DNA of 64,000 nt from the human T2T-CHM13v2.0 reference genome, Homo sapiens: assembly GCF_009914755.1 (NCBI RefSeq), contig NC_060928.1. One strand, given 5' to 3'. The translations under genes and the position numbers were made by a program. Shown piece by piece: positions 54,031 through 64,000 of the stretch. Position 1 is the first letter of the stretch; each line of letters opens with the position of its first letter. A model generated the notes under the pieces. That model made no database searches and was not told the DNA's origin. It saw nothing but the letters and a program-made list of their open reading frames with translations.

Positions 54031-55600
54031 CCTTCATGGACTACTAGCCAATACTGTGAAGTTTTTAGTATGGAATTTTCATATGTGAGTTTGAAGTGGT
54101 GGACAAATAATCTATAACCCAGCATAAATGACCAGTTTTTAAATGCTGTGCTTTTAACACCTTGTCAGTGTTCAGTTAAAGCACTTTATGTTGCATTCAT
54201 TTTGATTTGAAATAAGTGATGTCATACTTTTTTGTCATGCCATTTTTATCTAAGTTTATTTCTGTTCATTAGTAATATTTAAAAACGAGGATACAAAGTT
54301 ATCAATATGAAAAATTACGTACTTCTTGAGCAAGGAAATGTGAATCCAAAGCAGCCCCATTCTTAAATTAATGAAACTTTCTTACGTTTAGTTTCTTTTA
54401 AGCTGAAAGATCATTCTTAAAGATCATTGATGAAGGAAAATATTAAGATTCAAAACCAAGGGACAAAATGGTTAAGAAGACAGTTAAATGATATGCCAAT
54501 AAATAATATGATTTGTAAAAATAAATGCTAGGACCACCTATCTCATATTACAATGAAATACCAACATTACTTAACTTAAACAAGAGTGAAAATGTTCTCT
54601 AACCCTTGACTAAGAGTAAATAATAATATAAAATGAGGTTATGAATTATTTAAAAATGTTAAATTATAGCAAATATTACCACCTTTAAATCCCTTCAGGT
54701 CATGAAAACAGGCACATATTTTAAATTTTGCCAGAATATTCTTCACTACACATTTAAATGTTAAATGTATGAAAATTGTGCTGTTGATACATACCTTTAT
54801 AAATCCAATCAAAATGCCATTTTAGAGTAGAAAATTAGGGAATCACAGCTATTTAATTGTTCAATAATCAAACTACAGTTAGTTCAAAAGGTTCGCTTCT
54901 TCAGTGGAATAAAGAGTTCATAAAGAAATACACTAACATTTTAACTTTATTTTCATTCTGTATTTACTTATTTTTTGCTTGTTTGCTTAATAAACAAATT
55001 AAATAGACTTTCAAGTATTTGATATAGGAAGCTAAAAGACTTTTTCCTTTCCCTGTCTTCAAGGGCTTTAGATAGAAACACATATCATATCACTATATAT
55101 AAATAAATTTTATAGCTGCCCAAAACACTAAAATACTTTTAGTTAATAACTCCAATAGAATTATAAGGATTCCTTAGGAGGAGCATTTTCTTTCTTCTAA
55201 AAGCATGTGTGTGTGAGTGTGTTTGTGTGTATAAGTGTGTCTGTGTACTGGAAATAATACAAACATTATCTCAAATTATTAAAGTGATTAATTTTAAGTA
55301 CTCTATTTTAAAAATATAAATATTTTTATCTCTCAGTCTCAACATGGGTAGGTTAAATCCATTAATGAGACTTTGCTCTGACTAAAGACAAAAGACTAAA
55401 GATAAATGCTCCTCCCACCTTAGTTACATTTGTGAGAGTAATACAATAACACAAAAAATTCTTAAAATTTAAGAGCATAGTGACAGTTTTTATTGGGCTC
55501 AGCATACATAATCCATAAGATATTTCTTTTCACTTTGTTGGGAAGATAACTTTAATAAAAAAATTTACCTCACAGGTCAGATGCACGAATTTCCAATTAA

Positions 55601-55917
<317 letters not shown>

Positions 55918-56894
55918 AAGTGTAGCTATTCTTAATTGTTAAATTAAATTTGAATTACCCAGTCCTTTTGTTTTTCCTGAGACAAATCGCATCATTTTGG
56001 TTATTTTTCTATATCCTTAAGGGGCAGAGGGCAACTCTATGAATTTTTAAGCTATTCATTACTAATATCAGTTTTAAATGTATTTTGAGCTAAACATTGC
56101 AGTTAATTACACAGTTAAATATTTTAAGTATTATTTTCCCATACTATTTAAATCCCTAAGAAAAACTGCAGTAATTGGCAGTTGACTATAACAAGCTTAG
56201 CTTTATGCATTTACTCAACAATTACATTAGCCCTGACATGCAAAAATATATACATTTTTTTCCTTTTCTTGTGCTTAAGCCTCTTTCTAGATTCAAGAGG
56301 CAAAAGTAATACCACGCTATTTCAGTAAAAAATGAACTTCAAACAAGTGAGAATTTTTCCTGATGGATTTTTTGAAATGAATTCCAAATAAATGTTTTTT
56401 TAAATTTATGTATTAATTTTTAAAAATAAGTGCTGTCTTTCAGAATTGAGCCATTCTTTAACTTTTTAGACTTCGTTTTCCAGACTTATTTAGATTTCTC
56501 AATCCTGTTCAAGATGTCTATAATTTAAGGCTTGTTTATTGATTATACTAATGTTAAGATTATTTTAAATTCTTTCCGAAACATGATTGGATACAAATCA
56601 ATTTATAAATGGAATAATTTATTTACTTAACAAATGTACAATTTCCTGGCCCTGATTTATTTATATGCATTAATAGGTAATCATTTTCCTAGTTAAAAGA
56701 GACACAATAAGAGCAAAGATTTTCCCTTTTCCTCTCCCACAATGCCAAGATAAAGTATATTTTAATCAACCAAAAATATAAATATAACTGCATCTTTACT
56801 GAAGCATGAAAATTCCTACAACTTCCAATAACTTTAAAGAATGTATAACAGAAACAATAAAATTAACACCTAAATAAAAGAGACTGTCCAGAGT

Positions 56895-58512
56895 TGACAC
56901 ATCTAAATTTGGCATGGGTGAAGCCCTGGGTATAATCCATCTTGATGCATAATTCCTCTCCATTTATGGACCTGTGAAACTCAAGAATAAGTTATCTGCT
57001 CACAAAATACCTTGATGAGACAGGAATAAGCAATTCCTATTCAAAATGAGATAAAATAAAAAGAAAAAGGGTTACTGATCCCAAGCCATTTTAAAACCCA
57101 GCTGGGCAAACTTGAGAACAGTTCTAAGTCTGAGAATAATCCTCTGTGGTTTTCAGCTCTGCCTTCTAAGTCATCCTTCTTTTTTCATGAAAAGTAGCAT
57201 GGGTTAGCAGCTGAGTCATTTTAATAGTCTATTTCCTGCCTGTACACTTTTGGGAGTCCAGAAGCCTTCTTTCCATTAATACGGTTTCTGTCACTTTTGG
57301 TCCAAGCTGGCAGTGTTCTACTGATTTAAATTTTTCAAAAATCCTGAGGTCTCATGTGTATTATGGGAATTCACTTCATTAGACAAGAGACTTCTCCACA
57401 AATCTTTCCTGTATAATCCCATTCCTATGATTTGAATGTTTGTTTTGTCCAAAATTCAGCTTGACATTTAGTTGCCATTGTGGCAGTATTGACAGGTGGG
57501 ACTTTTGGAAGGTGATTGGGCCATGAGGGCACAGCCCTCATGGGTGGGATTAATGCCCTAGGTTCAGCCCTTTTTGTGCCTTTGCACTTCTACCTTCCAC
57601 CATGTAATCATAGATTAAGAAGGCCATCACTTGTTGCTAGCACCTTGATCTTGGACTTTCCAGCCTCCATAATTGTGAGAAAATACCTATCTGTTCCTTA
57701 TAAATTACTCAGTCAGGTATTCTGTTATAGCAGCACAAAACAAACTAAGAAAACTATCCTCATTTCTAGCTGCTGCTTGATAACTAATGAGACTTGTGAG
57801 TCACACATTTATTCTTTTCAAAGAGCCTTTGTGTGACTAAATTCTCTTTTTGATCTTTCTGAGGTATCAGCAAAAGGTTGTCCAGCCATATCTCAGTTGT
57901 CCCTCTAGAATATGCTTTCCTGACAGTGAATCTTCATTTTAGCATTTTTCACAATCTGGATGGATTGGAATTTTCCAAATCATCTAGTCCTGGTTCCTTT
58001 TTGTGCAACAGTACTTCTTTCAAAAGCAATTTTCCCTGGCATTTTACTATAAGCAACAACAACAAAAAAAACCCAAAAAACAAAAACAAACAAAAACAGG
58101 CTGCACATTCAATTCTGGTTAAAACTGTGCTTAACTGAATGTCCAAGGCCGTATCTGGAAAATTCTCCTCCTATGTAACTGCAGGACATTATTCCACTAA
58201 TTAAGCTTTCTGCCACTACATAACAAGAATCTCTTCTCGTCCAGTTACCAATAGCATGCACCTCATTTCCTCTTGGGCTCTCAATTGTAGCATCTTTAAC
58301 TTCCATATTTCTACTAACAGTCTGTTTATAATTAGATATTCTCTAAGGTAATTCAGGTTTTCCTTACCATGCTCCTCACTTCTTTCTGAGTCCTTATGAG
58401 CAGAATCTTTGACATCCATAATTCTACTAATGGTCTGTTCAAGGAAATCTAGGCTTTTTCTGTAAGGCTCCTCAATATCGTAGCCTCCACACACTGATCA
58501 ATTCTACATTTT
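56895..58512 (-). mobile_element. MaLR internal region (MLT1-int type), interrupted by an MST LTR
   Basis: Minus ORFs 58216-58494 (RKSLDFLEQTISRIMDVK..SEEHGKENLNYLREY) and 58109-58306 (GNEVHAIGNWTRRDSCYVVAE) match the MaLR-int ORF; 3' part 'aattcctctccatttatggacctgtgaaac...gttatctgct'. Confidence 0.85.
57423..57752 (+). mobile_element. MaLR solo LTR, MSTC/MSTD-like
   Basis: 'ctatgatttgaatgttt...ggtgattgggccatgagggcacagccctcatgggtgggattaatg...ttctgttatagcagcacaaaacaaactaaga'. Confidence 0.85.
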
Positions 58513-58521
58513 AAGATAATC

Positions 58522-58586
58522 TATATTAGTCAGTGTTCAACTGATATAGAGGAAGAACTAGCAGGCTATCTCTCAATACACACACA

Positions 58587-58646
<60 letters not shown>

Positions 58647-58994
58647 TTTATTGCAAGGAATAGGTTTATGCAGTTGTGTGCTTGACTAGCCAAGTCCTAA
58701 GTCCACAAAGCAGGCCACCAGGAAAAGCAAGTTGAAACTCTTGTGCATGGCTGATGTTACTATTCACAGGCAGGATTTCTTCAGGGAAGCCTCAGTTCTG
58801 TTTTAAAGCCCTTTCAACTCATTGCACCAGGCCTGCCCAGATTATCTAGGATAATCTCCCTTACTCAAAGTCAATTGATCATGAACTTCAATCGAATCTA
58901 GAAAATATCTTTTGCAGCAACATCTAGATTAGTGTTTGATTGAATAACTGGAAATCATAGTCTAGTCAAGTTTGTACATCATGAAGTTCATGAC
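58522..58994 (-). mobile_element. ERVL solo LTR, MLT2D/E-like, containing (CA)n(GA)n
   Basis: 'tatattagtcagtgttcaac...cccagattatctaggataatctcccttactcaaagtcaa...ctagattagtgtttgattgaataactgg...tgaca'. Confidence 0.85.
58578..58640. repeat. Compound (CA)n(GA)n microsatellite
   Basis: Directly visible. Confidence 0.97.
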
Positions 58995-59310
58995 AAGCTT
59001 AATAAACTTAAGGATATAAAAAGTGTCCTTTGGGAATCCAAATCACTTCCAACAGGCAATAACAGCTGGCTTTAGATTTTCTAAAACAACATTCAATGAA
59101 ATAAGAAAAATACTTATAAAGTTCTGAGAAAATTCTGTAATCAAGTTTTATATGAAGCCAAGTATAAAGACACCAAAAAACATTCTCAGAAAATATAGCA
59201 CCTACAACCTCTTCTTGGAATAAAACGAAATGAAATACTAAGTCTTGTTAAAATAGAGCGCAATAAAATTGAATTAAAATAACTAAAGAATCAAGAAGCC
59301 AATGGTAAAG

Positions 59311-59390
59311 AAAGGAAAGGAAAGGAAAGGAAAGGAAAGGAAAGGAAAGGAAAGGAAAGGAAAGGAAAGGAAAGGAAAGGAAAGGAAAGG
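59311..59390. repeat. (AAAGG)16 perfect pentanucleotide repeat
   Basis: Directly counted: 16 uninterrupted units. Confidence 0.97.
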
Positions 59391-60876
59391 AAGAAAACTG
59401 GCAAGCCTTCAACCCATTTAAATACATCAGACTACAAGGTCAAAGAACTGTAAGACTTGTAGAAAAAGTACAAATGCTAGAATCCTTGAAAATATTTTTA
59501 ACTATTAATTTTTTTCATATAGGGAGATGTTTGGAAGGAGAAGTAAAAGAAAGTTTAAATGTGATAAATTCTTATTTTATTAGTAGGATGTCAGTAGGGG
59601 AGATTGATAATTCAGGAACTACTTTAAGTTCCTAATTTGTAAAAGTATTCATTAAAAGGATCAAAAATAATGCATAATAATTCCTGATAAAGCTAAATTC
59701 CCAGTGCATAACATAGTATTTTAGCCAGACATATTGCTGCCTTCAACAGTTTAGAGGTTTCGCTATCAATTCAAAGGAGAAAGGCTACATATATTTATAT
59801 TATCTTCCTCTATTATCCAGATGAATTAAAGACATTTGGAAAGACATATTTGGTTCTTTTTTAAATTCTCATGGCATAATTTTAAAAATGAATGTGTAAA
59901 TAGCACACTTTTTCTATAATATATAAATTTGTCAGTTTAAGCTGATTTCTAGATCAAAGTAAACATTTATCAATCAGGTTATCTAATAATTTGCATTTGG
60001 GAGAAAAGTGCTGTTTGGGTGATATATTTCTAACATTGGAGATATAGTAAACAGTAAATCCCTCTGTTTTGTGCATGATATTTCCTGGAAATATAAGACA
60101 ACTTGGGTTATTTCCCTTTGGGTTTCTTCTAAAAGAGCAAGATTAATTGCTTGAATAAAGATAGGCTCACATCATTTATAAACGTGTATGCAGTCCACTG
60201 TGCTGTATTTAATTTCTTTCATAGGATAACAAGCTTAAAGGATAAAGAAAATTGGAGACCAGCTATCACTCTATTAATGGGGATTTAAAGAAGATTGCAT
60301 TAAAAAATTATATGAAAACTGAAAAAAAAACAGATTAGCAGGCACTAAGATAAAATGAATCGAAGGAAATAATGAACAGGTTGTTTTTAGTGGTACATAG
60401 CAAATTGAGAGAAGATATTAGTTAAATTGATAACAAATATGAGCCTAACATATTGCATTGTCTTGAGGAAATAGGACAAAAGTTCATATAACGTAGTTCA
60501 GATAATGCATTGAAATATTCTTCAGAAATAGAACAAAGAAGAAAAGATGGTTGACTTTGACTACATTAAAACAAAGAACTACTGTTCATTAAATTATCCC
60601 CTTTCTGTCAATGTCCATTCCCATTTGGGTTGGAAATAACCTTTATAAGAATCATGTCTAAAATAATGTATAATACACTGTGACTGGATCATAGTTACAA
60701 TATTCATTATTTTCCTTTAACCCTGAAGCATGATCAAGAGACATTTTGGTGACAATCAGCTCTTCCTTGTGAACAATATAACCTGTGGACAGGCCTTCAG
60801 GGGCACTTCTTTCCTGAACATTAGTGTGGTCTTCTTGGTTCAAAGACTAGAATTAATCAAATATAAGTGACTGAAA

Positions 60877-60887
60877 AAAATGGCGGC
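60877..60887 (+). promoter_or_regulatory. Extended YY1 consensus site (candidate)
   Basis: AAAATGGCGGC is the reverse complement of GCCGCCATTTT; motif match only, no binding data. Confidence 0.3.
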
Positions 60888-62574
60888 CAAATGGGCAACA
60901 GGACTGTCAAGGTAGGATAAACCTGGATTCCTTCACAGGCTCATGTAAGTTAGTTGTAACCACATTTAGATATAAATATTTATATGCATCCTTCAGTTTT
61001 AGACATAAAACATATACGTAGTTATTTCTCATCTAAATTATCATGCTTTTTAGTTTGTACACACTTGATACTCCAGGTATATAATTTAAAAATTAAGATT
61101 GAAGTCAATATAATAAACCATCCACCTGATAGTTAAAAATATGATCCTAATAAAAGAACCTGGTAAGATCAAATATACAGCCTCACTTTCTGGTCAAAAT
61201 GATAACTTACAGAGAAGCAATTTAATCATTCTGCTAAATGTTGCCTGTGCTTAGGGTAATTGTTATCATCATTGGGCAGTAAAACAAAAGGTTTCATGAC
61301 TTCAGCCTTTTTATCTGTATCGTTACTCTATGCAGCCCTTTCATAACGGCTAACAGCTGTTTCTCTGATGATTTACCCTAAAATTTGGGATCTTGATTCC
61401 GATTTTTAAAGGGACGTTTATGTTTCAAGCAGCATCAACATGTTTCATTTAAGATTGCAGTTGAAAATAAAAAAGGAATATCATTTTTTCCCTGAGAAAT
61501 ACAGCTGCCCATTCACTTATTTTGTCATATGATCTGCTACTGATCTGGTTTTAAAGAAAAATGTTTTTCCCTATATTTACTCCCAAGAGGTTTAGATCAG
61601 CATTACAAACTAAAGAATAACGTCTACTTCTCAATTGTGTAGCATTTTCCCTCAAAAATCTTGACATTATTTTATCTTACTTTCAGATAAATCACCAAGG
61701 ACTAAGAACAAATATGTGAGAATCATTATATTCAAACATGTAATGTTTTGAATAAAACTGTCATGTTACTGACTTAAAATACTAAAAATATAGTTCAAAG
61801 CTTTTTTTTCTTTTATTAGTTGTCCTGAGAAATTTGGAATAAGCTGTTCACACTCTCTCATTTGGTGACTCTTATGAACTCTGAGATATATTTATAAAAA
61901 AGCTGTCTTTAAAAAGGAATTTATTCTTGAGCAATGAAACAGAATGGATTCTTTGCGGTAAGCTAACTGGTCCATGAAATAATTGAATCCATGATGCTAC
62001 TTTTATTTAATATGCTCCATTCAAAAGAGCTTACTGGCTCAAATATGAATAATACTTAAATTTTTGAACAATAATAGAAATTTATGTAAATGATACTTTT
62101 ATTTTATTAACATTTTTAAGATGCAAAGTGTCCTTTTTCTGGAGAGGCACAGGCATGTGGGAAAACTTGAGAAATTATTACAGCAAACTAAAACATACGC
62201 AAAACCAGGATCTTAATGTGAATTACATTTGGAAGCAGTTGAGGGAAATAATGGGTCTTACATTTACTCATTTATTAACTGTAGCATTAGATACTTATTT
62301 CAGGTTAAAAATTCAAATGAAAAACATTTTACATTCTTATAAATTATACATATATATGTATCACCATGAAGCATTCCTTCATTAGAACATTTCATTAAAA
62401 ATTTCAGGGCAAAATATACTGTTTTAAATTCCTTAAGGATAGTCAGAATCAAAACTATGAAACCTGAAGATGGCTTATATTTTACATGTATTATAACAAA
62501 ATTTAAATGTTGTCAAGAATGTTTTCAGCAAAACAAAATGTTAACTCACGATGTTAAAAGAGCAAAAATCTAAA

Positions 62575-62850
62575 ATAATTCATTTATTTATTGAACAATT
62601 ATGTGATAGACACTGTGTTAGGTAATAGGGATAAAAAGAGAGCAAAGTGGCCCTTCCTTTCCTGGAGATGATGGCCTACTGGAATATGAGACAGAGAGAT
62701 AATAAAGAAGTAAATGAACAAAAACAAAAGAATTATTTCTCATGTAACACAGCTAAAGGATGTAGTGATATGAGAGAAAATAATATAGTAGATGGAAGAA
62801 GAATGAACCACGTAAGGTAGGTTTGTAAGAAATTTCTTTCATAGAAATTG
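62575..62850 (-). mobile_element. L2 3' end
   Basis: 'ttcatttattattgaacaattatgtgatagacactgtgttaggtaatagggata...ccttcctttcctggagatgatggcctactgg'. Confidence 0.65.
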
Positions 62851-62869
62851 AAAGCACAAGCATATTTTT

Positions 62870-64000
62870 AGGGACACAAACAGCAAATACCAGTAAGGTC
62901 AAATTCACAATGTCTGGCATTCAATAAAAATTACCAGACATGCAAAGAGGTAGGAAAATACAACTCATACTGAGGAGAAAAATCAATCCAAACCGATCTT
63001 CAATTGACACAGATGATAGATTTAATAGACAATGATATTAAAAGTTATTATAACTATATTCCACATGTTCAAGAAGTTAAAGGAAGTAGAAACATGAATG
63101 ACTAAAATTAAACATCTAGAAATGAAACATACAAATCTGAGATGAAAAACACAGTTGATGGGATTAATGGCAGATTATACTTTGCATAAGAAAGATAAGT
63201 GAAATTGAGAACATACCAGTGAAAACTCTGCAAATGAAACAGGGAAAAAAGACTAAAAAAATAAACAGAGTATCAGTGAGCTGTGGAACCAACATTAAAA
63301 AGCCTAATATATGTGTAACTCAAGTTCCCTAAAGAAGTAGAATAAAGACATAACAGAATATTTGAAAAATAATGACCAATTTTCCAAATTAAATTAAAAT
63401 TATAAGCTCATAGGTCCAAGAAGCTCAACAAACTCCTAGCATAAGATATATGAATGAAACTACAGATAAATCATAATCAAACTGTATAAAACTGGTGATA
63501 AAGAAATAATCTGTAATGAATCCAGACAAAAAAGACATTACATACAGAGGAACAAAGATAGGAATTAGAAACAATGAGATTTCAATATTCCCTTTAAAAT
63601 AATCGAGAGAACAAGTACATTGAAAACCAACAAGGATATAGAGTTGAATAATACTACCAATAACTTAACTAAATTGACATTGACAAAACATTTCAACAAA
63701 CAACAACATAATACACATTCTCGTCAATTGTACACAGAACATGTTCCATGATTGATTAAATTTTGCATTAAAAACTCTCAATAAATTTCAAAAGATTCAA
63801 GTTATATTCAATATGCTCTATGACTAAATTGGAGTTAAGTGAAAAATAAAAATCTATATATAGCTGAAAGATTTTGAAAACTTTAGAAACTATACAACAT
63901 TTCTAAATAACTCTTGGCTCAAAGGGAAATTAGAAAATATTTTGAACTAAACAGTAATGAAAACATAAATATTCATATCTCTAGGCTGTCACTAAAATGG
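62870..64000 (+). mobile_element. Old L1M (L1MD/ME-type) ORF1 joined to ORF2 EN-domain fragment; runs off window
   Basis: 'aaattcacaatgtctggcattcaataaaaattaccagacatgcaaag' (ORF1 start); from about 63576 'gagatttcaatattccc...caaggatatag...atacacattctcgtcaattgtacacagaac' (GDFN...YTFFS..H.T). Confidence 0.8.

Noticed and set aside
60658-60843. 61-aa minus-strand ORF with protein-like composition
   Set aside because: Non-ATG start, no recognisable homology, no convincing splice sites

Overview
AT-rich, CpG-poor primate (human-like) non-coding DNA, intergenic or deep-intronic. I find no protein-coding exon, RNA gene, CpG island or CRISPR array. The ORFs in the supplied track are decayed L1 ORF2, Alu, Tigger or MaLR-internal fragments, simple-repeat read-throughs, or short unrecognised ORFs. 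Roughly half the window is recognisable interspersed repeat: old antisense L1M blocks with nested insertions (L1PA2-like, THE1, AluJ/AluS), four L1PA 3' portions, five Alus, MaLR/ERVL LTRs, a MaLR internal segment, Tigger3, hAT MITEs, MIR, L2 and CR1. Subfamily calls are from recalled consensus sequences, not a RepeatMasker run, and ancient-element boundaries are approximate. I do not see a new biological system. The most notable signals are mutational footprints: templated inverted copies of flanking DNA inside (TA)n tracts, an abutting hairpin cluster, perfect 85-bp and 35-bp tandem duplications, an L1PA2 insertion with a target-site deletion, an inverted tail-less L1 fragment, and five events at the same L1 ORF2 coordinate. 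There are also a few candidate regulatory motifs in unique DNA.
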